A stretch of 53,634 nucleotides of DNA. Origin: Candidatus Mucispirillum faecigallinarum. Its GTDB lineage: Bacteria > Chrysiogenota > Deferribacteres > Deferribacterales > Mucispirillaceae. The translations under genes and the position numbers were made by a program. The DNA lies in assembly GCA_019116905.1 (NCBI GenBank), contig DXAQ01000122.1, positions 1-53,634 of the forward strand, given 5' to 3'. The notes under the pieces are model-generated. The model was not told the DNA's origin and searched no databases. It was given only the letters and a program-made list of their open reading frames with translations. The number at the start of each line of letters is the position of its first letter. Within the stretch, counting starts at the first letter, position 1. Below are positions 29,771 to 40,611 of this stretch, piece by piece.

Positions 29771-30507
29771 TTTTTCTTTTCTACTTCCTGTAATTTTTTA
29801 TTTAAATTCGCAGTTTTAATTTTAGCATCTATTTTGTTTGGAGAGCTACTGCTTATTTGATTATACCAGTTAATTGCATCTCTAATTAAAAAAGCTGTAG
29901 GATTATTATCTTTTTCTATTTCTGCATATTTATCATTACCAATTTGATACGCCAGCTGGTCCATTAACTCAACTATTTTATTACCTGGATTTTTAATATA
30001 TAATAAAGCATTATATGCTCTTTCATATTCTCCATTATTAGCAAGCTCTTTTGCTTTATTATAATACCTTTCAGGCAGTTCTCTTTTTAATCTTTCTGTA
30101 TCTTTTAATATTTGTGCCTGTAATTCTTCTGCCTTTTTATATGAAGGAGAAGACGGAAATATTTCATATACAAGAGTATTTGCCTTATCAAGTTTTTCTG
30201 CAGCATCTACGTAATCACCTCTATCCATTGCACGAACTGCATCATCTCTGTATGATACTGCATTTTTTAACTTTGTTTCTCCGTCTACTACTGCAAAAAG
30301 CTGAGATTTATATGCTATTACTTTTCTGTTTGTTGGGTTTAATTCTAAGGCTTTTAAAATAGTTTCATGAGCTTCATTTATTTTACCTTCTTTTTCAAGC
30401 TGTTTTGCCTGTTCATAAAGTTTATTTTCTTCACCTGTAAAATATTTATAGCCACTGAATGCTATGCCTGCAACAATAATTATTACACCAACAGCAACTT
30501 TCCACAT
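29767..30507 (-). CDS. Membrane-anchored TPR-repeat protein
   Basis: N-terminal TM segment; TPR-like helices (KALELNPTN; AMDRGDYVDAAEKL). Confidence 0.7.
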   Translation of the reverse strand: MWKVAVGVIIIVAGIAFSGYKYFTGEENKLYEQAKQLEKEGKINEAHETILKALELNPTNRKVIAYKSQLFAVVDGETKLKNAVSYRDDAVRAMDRGDYVDAAEKLDKANTLVYEIFPSSPSYKKAEELQAQILKDTERLKRELPERYYNKAKELANNGEYERAYNALLYIKNPGNKIVELMDQLAYQIGNDKYAEIEKDNNPTAFLIRDAINWYNQISSSSPNKIDAKIKTANLNKKLQEVEKKK

Positions 30508-31802
30508 TATAAGCTACCTCTGCTTACAGCTCTTTTTACCATTCCTGATAAATCTATATCAGTTAATTTATTCAAATAATTGTTATACTGAGTATTATTT
30601 CCAAGAAAATAATACGCTATTGCCATATATGCAATATCAAGCTGAGTATCAGCTCCACCGCCTAATTTTAATATTGCATTATAATCCTTAAATTTCAATA
30701 AAGATTCATACATTGATGCTTTATCAGGACATTTTTCAAACTTATTTAAAAATTTAATATCGTATAAATTTTTACCAATTATATATTTACCATATTCGCA
30801 AAGTTTTAGAGTATCCTGTACTGTTAAAGTGCCTATAAACCATGAAATATTTTCTTTATCTTCTTTACGCATATAGCAGGCAAGTTTAGTTTTATTATAG
30901 TCTGGGCTTTTTGTGCCAAGACATTTATCTACTAAAGTACAGTCAAAATTTACCATTTCTTTATTAGATGCTTCTATCATTCTGCAGTAAACTACTTTAT
31001 CAAGTTTATAATCAGCTTTAACTTCCTTTTTAAATGTATCTATATATTTTTTATAATCTCCAGTTTTCCATGTATCTTCCATAACATAAGATGTAAGTTC
31101 ACTGTCTTTATATGTTTTATATAAAGCATAAAATTCATCTTTCATATTATTTGAATAAAAATATTTACCATAGAAATTCATAAGTTTTGGAGTGCGTTTT
31201 TCAGCCTTCAAATTATCATAAGTAGAAAATACTAAAGCCTTATCTTTCTGCACTCTTTCTAAAACTGCATAAATTGTTTCTGCCGGCACATCTATTTTAC
31301 TTAAAAGACTTGTTACTTCCTTATCTACTGCACAGGAACTTTTAACATATACTTCTAAATATTCATTTTTAGGATATGTCAGAAGAAGATTTTTAGCTCC
31401 ATCACAGCTTAACTTTGTTTCTATAAACATTTGGTCTTTAAGCATTTTTTGTTTATCAAATCTGCTGTCTTTAAAATTAGCAAGCTGCGTAAAAGTATAC
31501 TGAGCTGATTTAAAATCATTTTGCGCCATATATACCTGATATAATATATAAGTTGCAAAACCTGCCTTTTGAGATTTATCTTCATGGCTTAAATAATTTG
31601 AAAGGCATGATTTAGCAACATCATAAAGGCCATCTTCATAAGCTTTAAGCCCAACAAAGTAATCATCATTAAAAGACATATCTGGTGCTTTTGCTTTAGC
31701 TGCACTGCTACTTTCTTTATTATCTTTACTTTTATTATCAGCAGCATATCCGTTAAAAGCAAAAAGTAATATAGAAAAAATTATAAATGTTATTTTATGC
31801 AT
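30507..31802 (-). CDS. Exported helical-repeat (TPR-like) Cys-containing hypothetical protein
   Basis: Signal peptide; GLKAYEDGLYDVA..L..YL TPR-like start; nine Cys. Confidence 0.7.
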   Translation of the reverse strand: MHKITFIIFSILLFAFNGYAADNKSKDNKESSSAAKAKAPDMSFNDDYFVGLKAYEDGLYDVAKSCLSNYLSHEDKSQKAGFATYILYQVYMAQNDFKSAQYTFTQLANFKDSRFDKQKMLKDQMFIETKLSCDGAKNLLLTYPKNEYLEVYVKSSCAVDKEVTSLLSKIDVPAETIYAVLERVQKDKALVFSTYDNLKAEKRTPKLMNFYGKYFYSNNMKDEFYALYKTYKDSELTSYVMEDTWKTGDYKKYIDTFKKEVKADYKLDKVVYCRMIEASNKEMVNFDCTLVDKCLGTKSPDYNKTKLACYMRKEDKENISWFIGTLTVQDTLKLCEYGKYIIGKNLYDIKFLNKFEKCPDKASMYESLLKFKDYNAILKLGGGADTQLDIAYMAIAYYFLGNNTQYNNYLNKLTDIDLSGMVKRAVSRGSL

Positions 31803-34630
31803 TTATCTATTACCTCAATAGGATGCATTACATTTTTATCCCCTAAATGTTCCATCTGCATAGAGCATGTAGGACATTCTGTAGTTCCTGTGCTGCATGT
31901 TGAGCTCATTAATTTATCAACCATTGGTTTACCAATTTTTACTGATAAATCATAATTTTTAGCAGCCATACCCCAGCTGCCTGCCATACCGCAGCATCCA
32001 CTTTTTAAATCTTCTACTTTTACACCAGGCAGTTGTTTTAATACATTTAATGTGCCTGCTGGGTTTTTAAGAAGTTTAGTGTGGCATGGTGTATGGTAAC
32101 CAAGGCTTATATCGTTAGAGACAAGTTCAACATCTTTTAAATGTTTCTCTACTAAATCCATAATAAATACAGTTTTATCTCTAACTTTTTGAGTGATTTC
32201 ATCATTTTGATAATAAAGCCATTCTTTTGTTAAAGACAAAGTACAGCTTGAGCAGGCTGAAACTATATAATCTACCTGGTCAATAAGACTGCCCCACTCT
32301 TTTAAATTCTTTTTAATCTGCATACGTGCATCTTTTGCAAGACCTTTTGATAAGTGAGGAATACCGCAGCAGTGCTGAGCAGGAGTTACTACTTTATATC
32401 CTAATTTTTTAAGTACATTAATAGTGCTTTCTCCAATCTCTGGTTTAATAAAAGATGCATAGCAGCCGGCAAAATACATAACTACTTTTTCGCCATTGCC
32501 TTCTGTTTTATTTATTCTGTCATATAACGATTTTGAGGCAAATTTAACAAACTTTCTATCACTTGCAAGACCTGTTGTAAGCTGTAAAATATTTCTCATA
32601 AATTTTGGAGCCATTAATGCTGATACTACTGGGCTGATTTTATGAGTTAATCTTCCTGCTGTTTCAAAATTAGTTACTAATTTTGCATCTAATGAAACCC
32701 CAAATTTTTCTGCATATCTAGATTTTGCTTCTAATGCAAGTTTAGGTATATTTACTTTTGAAGGACATTCTCTTGAACAGCTTCCGCAATTTACACAGTG
32801 ATTTATTACATGCTGGAAAGCTTCCTGATACATAGCTTCAGAATCAATCACATTACTTAAAAGCCCTCTTAAAATATTTGCCTTAGCTTTTGGAGCTGCT
32901 GCTTCATCACGCAAAGCTTTATAAACTGGGCACATTCTTGTAGCAGCTGTTACAGTTGTACATTTTGAACAGCCATGACATTTTTCTGCTTCTAAAATAA
33001 AATCTTCTTCCCATACAAGCTGTTTTTGTATTGCTTTATCACTTGCACCATAATCTGCACCATATCTTAAATGTTTTGTCATCTGTGCCGGGTCGCTTGT
33101 AACTTTAATTTCAGGGTTAAATAAATCATCTGGATCTAATATAGATTTTACTCTTAAAAATAAAGAATAAAGCTCTGTATTATACTGCCTGTTTATATAG
33201 CATGAACGTATTCTGCCATCCCCATGCTCACCTGAAATTGTGCCGTTCAGTTTATGTACAAGTTCAAAAACTTCATCTGCTAAAACCTGTAAAAGATTAA
33301 TATCGTAAGGGTCTTTTAAATCAAGCAGCGGTCTATTATGTAATAAACCTTTTGCAATATGACCATAACTAACAAACTCTACTTTATGCCTATTAAATAT
33401 TTCATATAATCCATCAAAATATTCAACAAGTTTCTCTGTAGGAACGGCAGCATCTTCAACAAGTGCTAATATTTTCTTTTTACCTTTTAAAAGATAAAGT
33501 ATAGGCACTGCTGCTTTTCTAACTGCCCAGTAACTTGCTTTTTCTTCATCACTTACAGCAATAAACGCTTGTGTAGTATAATGTTTTGCTTTAATTTCAT
33601 CAACAGTGTCCTGACAGTATCTGCTTACTTCTTCAACACTTTCCCCTTCAAATTCAAACATTAAAACATTATCAACATCTGTAGGAAGTTTGCCTTCTAA
33701 ACTTGGCTCATGGGTAACTGCTAAAGATAAAAGTGATTTATCCATAATCTCAATGCCTGCAGGTTCATATTTTAAACCAACCTGTGCAGCTTTTGAGCTG
33801 TTAGTTTTATTATCAAAATATGCAATTACAAGTGCATTGTAAGGCTTTTTACGAATTACTCTAAAAGTTAATTTAGTTATAACACCAAGAGTGCCTTCTG
33901 AGCCGCCAAACAATTTATGTAGTTTTAATGAACTTGCACTATAAGCCCCTCTTAATTCATAGCCACTTACATTACATTTTATAGGTGGGTATCCATTATT
34001 TATAATATCCTGATTTTCTTTTAATACATCATATAATTCTTTTAATTCAGGGTTTAAATCTTCTATTTTAGTATTTGCAATGTTAGAAAGTGTATCAATA
34101 TGACCGTCATGGAAAACAATTTCTGCATCAACTATATAATCAGACACATTGCCGTATTTAACAGAATAGCCACCACCAGCATTAGTGCCATACATACCGC
34201 CAAATGTAGCATATTCACCGCTTGATGGCGCTGCCGGAAACCACATAGAGCTGCCTTTTAAAAATGCTTCCAGCTCTCCATATCTATAACCTGGCTCACA
34301 TGTAAAAGTGCCTTCATTGTCATTAATTTTTTCAAACCCTTCAAATTTATTCATATATTTACAAAAATCAATAACAATACCTCTGCCTATTGCAGCACCG
34401 CATAACCCAGAACCTGCACCGCGGCTGTGAATAGATAGCTGATAATTATTAGCAAACTTTACTATCTCTACCACATCCTGCCTGTTTTTAGGGTAAACTA
34501 TACATGCAGGTTCAACACGAAATATACTACCGTCAGTTGAATGCATGTATCTTCTTATTTTATCAGTATAAATTTCTCCAGAAATTTTATTTTTTAATTC
34601 ATCAAAAATATTTTCATTAGAATTACTCAT
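31790..34630 (-). CDS. FAD-binding / Fe-S-binding oxidoreductase (YdiJ / GlcD-GlcF fusion family)
   Basis: RGAGSGLCG, GSEGTLG, SGEHGDG, CHGCSKC, CVNCGSCSRECP and two CCG motifs. Confidence 0.9.
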   Translation of the reverse strand: MSNSNENIFDELKNKISGEIYTDKIRRYMHSTDGSIFRVEPACIVYPKNRQDVVEIVKFANNYQLSIHSRGAGSGLCGAAIGRGIVIDFCKYMNKFEGFEKINDNEGTFTCEPGYRYGELEAFLKGSSMWFPAAPSSGEYATFGGMYGTNAGGGYSVKYGNVSDYIVDAEIVFHDGHIDTLSNIANTKIEDLNPELKELYDVLKENQDIINNGYPPIKCNVSGYELRGAYSASSLKLHKLFGGSEGTLGVITKLTFRVIRKKPYNALVIAYFDNKTNSSKAAQVGLKYEPAGIEIMDKSLLSLAVTHEPSLEGKLPTDVDNVLMFEFEGESVEEVSRYCQDTVDEIKAKHYTTQAFIAVSDEEKASYWAVRKAAVPILYLLKGKKKILALVEDAAVPTEKLVEYFDGLYEIFNRHKVEFVSYGHIAKGLLHNRPLLDLKDPYDINLLQVLADEVFELVHKLNGTISGEHGDGRIRSCYINRQYNTELYSLFLRVKSILDPDDLFNPEIKVTSDPAQMTKHLRYGADYGASDKAIQKQLVWEEDFILEAEKCHGCSKCTTVTAATRMCPVYKALRDEAAAPKAKANILRGLLSNVIDSEAMYQEAFQHVINHCVNCGSCSRECPSKVNIPKLALEAKSRYAEKFGVSLDAKLVTNFETAGRLTHKISPVVSALMAPKFMRNILQLTTGLASDRKFVKFASKSLYDRINKTEGNGEKVVMYFAGCYASFIKPEIGESTINVLKKLGYKVVTPAQHCCGIPHLSKGLAKDARMQIKKNLKEWGSLIDQVDYIVSACSSCTLSLTKEWLYYQNDEITQKVRDKTVFIMDLVEKHLKDVELVSNDISLGYHTPCHTKLLKNPAGTLNVLKQLPGVKVEDLKSGCCGMAGSWGMAAKNYDLSVKIGKPMVDKLMSSTCSTGTTECPTCSMQMEHLGDKNVMHPIEVIDKCIK

Positions 34631-34809
34631 ATATTCCTCTTTTTACACATTAAACAAATCACTCTTTTTATTATATCAAATTTTAATACAAATTTACAGT
34701 ATAAATTTTATATTTTATAAAATATATTTTTTAAAGTGATTTTATACTTGATTTATATAGATATTTCATAATATAAATATGACTGTAAATAAATAATAAA
34801 AGGTAATAT

Positions 34810-35769
34810 ATGCAAAAATATTCTATTGTTATTACCGCAGGCGACCCTGCAGGTATAGGCTATGAAGAAGCATGTAAATTTTTTTTAGATGAAGAAAGTA
34901 AAAAATTTAATGCTGCATTAATTGGCCATAAATGGATTGTAGAAAAAACGTATAAAGATATATTAAAAAAAGATATACCTAATCATTTAGAAGTATTAGA
35001 GCCTGATAATAACGTATTTGATTATGAATATGGCAGAATAAGTGCAGAATGTGGAAAAGCTGCCATATCTTATATTGATTTTGCTGTTAAAGGAGCGCTT
35101 GAAGGCATGTTTGATGCAGTAGTAACATGCCCCATTAATAAAAAATCAATTAAAGAAGCAGGATATAATTTTCCAGGACATACAGAATATCTTGCCTATC
35201 TTTCAAATATTGACAACCAGTCAATGATGCTTGCAGGAAAATATGTTAAAACTATTCTTGCTACAACCCATTACCCTGTAAAAGAAATAGCAAAACATAT
35301 TAATGAAAAAACTGTGCTGACAGCTATTGAAAATGCTCATAAAGCAGGCAGATATTTTGGCACTCTTACTCCTAAAATAGCAGTATGCGGCTTAAATCCT
35401 CATGCTGGAGACAATGGAGCATTAGGAAGTGAAGAACAGGAATTTATAAGCCCCGCTGTTTTAAAAGCACAAAAAAATGGCATAAATGCGCATGGACCTT
35501 TTCCTGCTGATACAATATTTACAAAAGCAAAAGAATGGGATTTTATTATTGCAATGTATCATGACCAGGGAATGATTCCTGTTAAAATGGATGCCTTTGG
35601 TGAAGCTGTTAATATAACATTAAATCTGCCTTTTATAAGAACATCTGTTGACCATGGCACAGCCTTTGATATTGCAGGTAAAGGAGTTTGCTCCTATTCA
35701 AGTTTAATAAAAGCCGTACAAATGGCAAAAAATATGGTAGAATATGATAAATCTATTAGAAGCATTTAA
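34810..35769 (+). CDS. pdxA: 4-hydroxythreonine-4-phosphate dehydrogenase
   Basis: GDPAGIG, PINK, GHTEYL, GLNPHAG, MYHDQG and RTSVDHGTAFDIAG motifs. Confidence 0.95.
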   Translation: MQKYSIVITAGDPAGIGYEEACKFFLDEESKKFNAALIGHKWIVEKTYKDILKKDIPNHLEVLEPDNNVFDYEYGRISAECGKAAISYIDFAVKGALEGMFDAVVTCPINKKSIKEAGYNFPGHTEYLAYLSNIDNQSMMLAGKYVKTILATTHYPVKEIAKHINEKTVLTAIENAHKAGRYFGTLTPKIAVCGLNPHAGDNGALGSEEQEFISPAVLKAQKNGINAHGPFPADTIFTKAKEWDFIIAMYHDQGMIPVKMDAFGEAVNITLNLPFIRTSVDHGTAFDIAGKGVCSYSSLIKAVQMAKNMVEYDKSIRSI

Positions 35770-36562
35770 AAACGAAGATGGTTTTACAAAAAAGAAATTT
35801 GGCCAGCATTTTTTAACCAATAAATCTATGCTTGATAAAATTATTGAAGCAGCAGACATATCAGAAAATGATAATGTAATTGAAATCGGTCCAGGCTGTG
35901 GAGTATTAACACAACTTATCGCAGAAACAAAAGCCTCTGTTACTGCTTTAGAAATTGATACAGAGTTAATGGAATTTTTAAACAGATACCTGTTTTTCTA
36001 TAAAAATTTAACTATTATTAATCAAGATGCTGCAAATGTAGACTATAACAGCTTATATGAAAATAAACCTGTTATTGTTATAGGCAACCTGCCATATAAT
36101 GTTTCTGTTAAAATATTTGAAAAAGCAGCAATGCGTGATAATATTAAAAATATGGTATTTATGTTCCAAAAAGAAGTGGCTGATAGAATTATTGCAAAAC
36201 CTAACTCAAAAGCATATTCTTCCCTTTCTGTATTTACAAACTATATTTTTGATACAGTTAAAATAAAAGACATAAGCGGTGCTAATTTTTGGCCTAATGC
36301 TAATGTTATGAGCACTGTGCTGAAATTTATACCAAAAAAAGAAAAATTTTACAGCGGCGAAAAAGAAATACAGTTTTTTAAGTTTTTAAGGCTTGCTTTT
36401 AGACAGAAAAGAAAAACTTTAAAAAATAATCTGCAGGAAATAGATGATATAAGCAGCATATTGTCGCAGGCAGGGTTTAAAAATACTATCCGAGCAGAAG
36501 AACTTTCTCTTGAAAACTTTAAGGAGTTATTTGATATAATTTATGAAAAACACACCTTTTAA
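35744..36562 (+). CDS. rsmA: 16S rRNA dimethyltransferase RsmA/KsgA
   Basis: KKFGQHFL, EIGPG, GNLPYN, MFQKEVA, QKRKTL and RAEELS motifs. Confidence 0.95.
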   Translation: MINLLEAFKNEDGFTKKKFGQHFLTNKSMLDKIIEAADISENDNVIEIGPGCGVLTQLIAETKASVTALEIDTELMEFLNRYLFFYKNLTIINQDAANVDYNSLYENKPVIVIGNLPYNVSVKIFEKAAMRDNIKNMVFMFQKEVADRIIAKPNSKAYSSLSVFTNYIFDTVKIKDISGANFWPNANVMSTVLKFIPKKEKFYSGEKEIQFFKFLRLAFRQKRKTLKNNLQEIDDISSILSQAGFKNTIRAEELSLENFKELFDIIYEKHTF

Positions 36563-37121
36563 TAAACTTACATATACAGTTGTAGATACAGAAACAACTG
36601 GTTACAGCCCAAAATATGCTAAAATGGTTGAAATAGCTGCTGTCAAAATATACCCTGATTATAATATTGACTATGAAAATACTTTTTCAGAACTTATTAA
36701 CCCTGAAATTGAAATACCTTATAATGCTTATAAAATACATAAAATCTCTAATGAAATGGTGCAGGATAAACCATTAATACATGAAGTTCTTCCTTCATTT
36801 TTATCGTTTGCTACAAATACTGTTATTGTGGGCCATAATGTTAATTTTGATATGCGTTTTATTGAGCATGAAGCCTCCTGCTGCAGCCTGCCTTTACAGT
36901 TTCCATACAGCATAGATACTGTTAAACTTGCTAAAAAAGCAGTGCCGGGACTTCCAGCATATAAACTTGATAACCTGATTGAATACTTTAATATTAACTT
37001 AAATATCCCTGAAAGCGACAGGCACAGAGCTTTATTTGATGCAGTTAATACTGCCATTGTATTAACAGAATGCTTTAAATTGTTAGAAAAACAAGGAATT
37101 TATGATATTTCTCATTTATAG
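36543..37121 (+). CDS. DEDDh 3'-5' exonuclease (DnaQ-like)
   Basis: VDTETTG, GHNVNFD and HRALFDA motifs. Confidence 0.9.
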   Translation: MKNTPFNKLTYTVVDTETTGYSPKYAKMVEIAAVKIYPDYNIDYENTFSELINPEIEIPYNAYKIHKISNEMVQDKPLIHEVLPSFLSFATNTVIVGHNVNFDMRFIEHEASCCSLPLQFPYSIDTVKLAKKAVPGLPAYKLDNLIEYFNINLNIPESDRHRALFDAVNTAIVLTECFKLLEKQGIYDISHL

Positions 37122-37188
37122 GCTTGCAAAAATCACAGATAATTTGTATATATAAGGGTTAAATTAAAATCAAGGTGGTTTATTTATA

Positions 37189-38334
37189 TTGAATAAGTTT
37201 GAATCTTATTATGCAGATAAATTTGAATTAAAAAATCTTGACTTATCATTAAGCCGTATTGATAACGCCTTAACACAGGCAGGATTTAATGAAAAAAGTC
37301 TCGGTAAAATTATACATATTGCTGGAACTAACGGTAAAGGCTCTACATCTTACTTTTTATACCAGATGCTGCAGCTTGCAGGTTTTAAGACTGCCCTTTT
37401 CACTTCGCCTCATATATTGAAAATTAATGAAAGAATTTCATATAATTTATCAGATATTACTGATGATGAAATGGATAATGTATTTACTGCAAATAAAGAT
37501 ATTATCATAAACAACAATCTTTCATATTTTGAAGCTGTATTCTTTACTGCCGCACTATTCTTTGCAGAAAAATCGCCTGATTTTACAATATTAGAAACAG
37601 GTCTAGGCGGCAAGTATGATGCAACAAACACAAATACAATAAATAATAAGCTTTGTGTAATTACTTCTATGGGGCAGGACCATACCGCATATCTTGGAAA
37701 TAATATATATGGTATTATTAATGAAAAATTAGGTATATTACGCGATAACTCCACCTTAGTGCTTGCTTATAACAAACCTTTCGTCTTAAACCATATAAAG
37801 CAAACTGTCAAAAATATAGTTAAAGCAATTAATAAAGAAATGATTATTGAGGATATAGATTATCCATACCCATACAATGAAAATTATACAACAGCATCAT
37901 ATATTTATAAGCTGTTATTAAATAAAGAGTTTAAATATAATAAAAACTTAAAACTTCCACCATGCAGAATGGAAAAAATAGGAAATATTATTTTAGACGG
38001 CTCTCATAATATGCCAGGAATTTTAAAAATTATAAATACCTGGAAAAAGCAGAATATAAGTGCTGTTATCTTCACTGTTACAAATGATAGAAATATTGAA
38101 AATACTGCTGAGATTTTAAAACATGTATCTAATAACTTAATTGTTACTACACTTCCAGGCAATATTCGCAGCATTGATGAATGTAAAAATAATAATGTAA
38201 TATTCATTCAATCACCAAAAGATGCATTAGAATATGCTTTAAATTCATATAATGGCACTATTTTAGTAACAGGTTCTTTTTATCTATGCGCATACATAAA
38301 AGAATATTTAAATGGTAGAAAAAATGAAAAATAA
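37189..38334 (+). CDS. folC: Folylpolyglutamate / dihydrofolate synthase
   Basis: IHIAGTNGKGS, FTSPH, ETGLGG.YDATN, DH..YLG, LDGSHN and TGSFY motifs; TTG start. Confidence 0.9.
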   Translation: MNKFESYYADKFELKNLDLSLSRIDNALTQAGFNEKSLGKIIHIAGTNGKGSTSYFLYQMLQLAGFKTALFTSPHILKINERISYNLSDITDDEMDNVFTANKDIIINNNLSYFEAVFFTAALFFAEKSPDFTILETGLGGKYDATNTNTINNKLCVITSMGQDHTAYLGNNIYGIINEKLGILRDNSTLVLAYNKPFVLNHIKQTVKNIVKAINKEMIIEDIDYPYPYNENYTTASYIYKLLLNKEFKYNKNLKLPPCRMEKIGNIILDGSHNMPGILKIINTWKKQNISAVIFTVTNDRNIENTAEILKHVSNNLIVTTLPGNIRSIDECKNNNVIFIQSPKDALEYALNSYNGTILVTGSFYLCAYIKEYLNGRKNEK

Positions 38335-40552
38335 AATAATCATATTATCTATTATTTCTATTCTTTTTCACCATACAAACTTATATGCACAATTTAATAG
38401 TACAGATATGACATACGTGCTTGAAGCTGATAAAGTAACAAGAATTGGCGATAATATGTATGAAGCAGAAGGAAATGTATTACTAAAAGCAAAAAATATC
38501 ACAATTACAGCAGAAAAAGTCATATATAATTCTAAAACATCAGAAGTAGATGCTCAAGGTAAAGTTAAACTTGAAAGCCCTGAACAAAAATTAGAAGCCG
38601 AAAAAATCATTTATAATATCGATAACGAAACTGGTACTGCAGATAATATTCAAGGTTTTTTAGCACCATTTAATTATCTTTGTGCAAAAAATTTAAATAA
38701 AACTGGTCCTACAACATTTACTGTAACTGATGCAAAAATATCTGCCTGCTCTGGCAGTGTGCCAGAATGGTCTCTTTCTATGTATGAAGGAAAACTTGAT
38801 ATTGATGGTTATATGCAGCTAAACCACGCAACAGTCAATATATATGACAGCCCGTTTATCTATGTACCAAAATTTTTCTACCCTGTTTCATCTAATAGAA
38901 AATCAGGATTTCTTATGCCTAATATTGGTTATGATGATACTATGGGGGCAATAGCTAATATTAAATATTTTATTGCTCCAGATGTTAATTATGATTTTAC
39001 GGTTGGTTTAGGGCTTTATTCTGAAAGAGGTGTACAGGAACAGTTTGAAGCAAGATATGCATTAAGCAGTACAGATAAATTTTACATTTCTGCTGAACAT
39101 ATTAAAGACTTTGGTTCAGAAGCTGATACCCAGTCCCGCTGGCGTGCCACATTAAAAAACCAATACAGCCCAGTAAAAAACTTATATTTTTACTTAAATG
39201 GTGATTATGCTTCAGACTACTTATATTCAAGAGATTATGATGATTATGCAATATCAATGTTTAATAATGATAACTATCAAAATATGTATTTTGCTGAATT
39301 AAAAGCTAAATATGTAAATGATTTTGTTGATACAAGCATATATTACAGGAGAGATATGCTTTACAGAGATACTACAAATGGATATACACAAAATCAGCTT
39401 GTAAGAATGCCGTCTATAAGAGTAAACAAAATTATTAAAGATATTCCATATATATTTTTAGAGTATGACTTAACTTATGACAGGCTTGTTTCAAAAAATA
39501 CTCAGTATTATAATGTAACTCAAAATAAACCAAAAGAAGAAACAGACTGGGCATTAAACAGGTTTGGCACTTATGGCAGACTTTATGTTCCTATTGATTT
39601 AAAAGTTTTTACTATTACCCCTTCAGCATATATTGGATACATCAGGTGGCAGGACAGCTCTCTCCCTTTTACTTTTGCAGACCAGTTTAGCCCTGATTTT
39701 GGCGGAATATATACAGTAGATGAAAAAACAGCTGAAAAATACTGGGGTGGAGCAGATTTAACATTAAATATGAAAGAAATTTATAAAGACTATGGATTGT
39801 TTAGACATTCTATACAAAATAACTTTACAATTTCCTACTCTCCAAAATTAGAGCATCCGACAGCAAATAATATTACTAACTACCCTAACATACTTTTTAA
39901 TGATGTAACAACTTACCAAAGTTCACTTTCATACGAATTTATTACAGCATTAATAGGTAAAGGCTGGAATATAGAATTTAAAGCTGAACAGGGTTATGAT
40001 TTTATGGCAGAAAAAAATAATGTGCTTCCACTTGAATTGCAGTTAAATGCAAATGTATTAGGATATTTAACAAATACTACTGAACTTGATTATAAACATA
40101 CTGGCGAATTTGAAGAAAATGAACCAAAAATAAGATATTTTGCTAATACATTAACATTAAAGTTTCTAAAATACTTTTTTGTAACAGGAAGTTACACATA
40201 TAACGGTGCACGTTATAAAAACATTACTGCAAATACATATAACACTAATGCTCAGATATCATCAGGTATTAATATTTGGCGTGTTGTTTTGCAGGGATAT
40301 TATAATTGGAGCGGCTACAATAGAGATATGAGTTTTAATGGCTTAATACCTAAAAGTTATGGTGCATCACTACTATATAATGCAGAATGCTGGAGTCTTG
40401 GATTAAATGCAGAAATAAACAGGTCAGTAGTAAACTCTATGGAAGGAAGATACAATAAAGATGAAATGAAATTTTTCCTGCTTTTTAGTTTAAGAGGTTT
40501 AGGAGACAGTAATCTTCAGATATTTTCATTAAACAAGGAAGAACCTCTTTAG
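38312..40552 (+). CDS. lptD: LPS assembly outer-membrane protein LptD (start possibly 38324)
   Basis: Signal peptide, OstA-like N-domain (EAEGNV, SAC..PEW), RKSGFLMP, C-terminal YNAECW and LRGLG. Confidence 0.85.
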   Translation: MVEKMKNKIIILSIISILFHHTNLYAQFNSTDMTYVLEADKVTRIGDNMYEAEGNVLLKAKNITITAEKVIYNSKTSEVDAQGKVKLESPEQKLEAEKIIYNIDNETGTADNIQGFLAPFNYLCAKNLNKTGPTTFTVTDAKISACSGSVPEWSLSMYEGKLDIDGYMQLNHATVNIYDSPFIYVPKFFYPVSSNRKSGFLMPNIGYDDTMGAIANIKYFIAPDVNYDFTVGLGLYSERGVQEQFEARYALSSTDKFYISAEHIKDFGSEADTQSRWRATLKNQYSPVKNLYFYLNGDYASDYLYSRDYDDYAISMFNNDNYQNMYFAELKAKYVNDFVDTSIYYRRDMLYRDTTNGYTQNQLVRMPSIRVNKIIKDIPYIFLEYDLTYDRLVSKNTQYYNVTQNKPKEETDWALNRFGTYGRLYVPIDLKVFTITPSAYIGYIRWQDSSLPFTFADQFSPDFGGIYTVDEKTAEKYWGGADLTLNMKEIYKDYGLFRHSIQNNFTISYSPKLEHPTANNITNYPNILFNDVTTYQSSLSYEFITALIGKGWNIEFKAEQGYDFMAEKNNVLPLELQLNANVLGYLTNTTELDYKHTGEFEENEPKIRYFANTLTLKFLKYFFVTGSYTYNGARYKNITANTYNTNAQISSGINIWRVVLQGYYNWSGYNRDMSFNGLIPKSYGASLLYNAECWSLGLNAEINRSVVNSMEGRYNKDEMKFFLLFSLRGLGDSNLQIFSLNKEEPL

Positions 40553-40611
40553 TTATGTTGCAAAAAATAAAAAAATATATTATAGTAGATAAAATATTAT
40601 ACAGGAATAAA

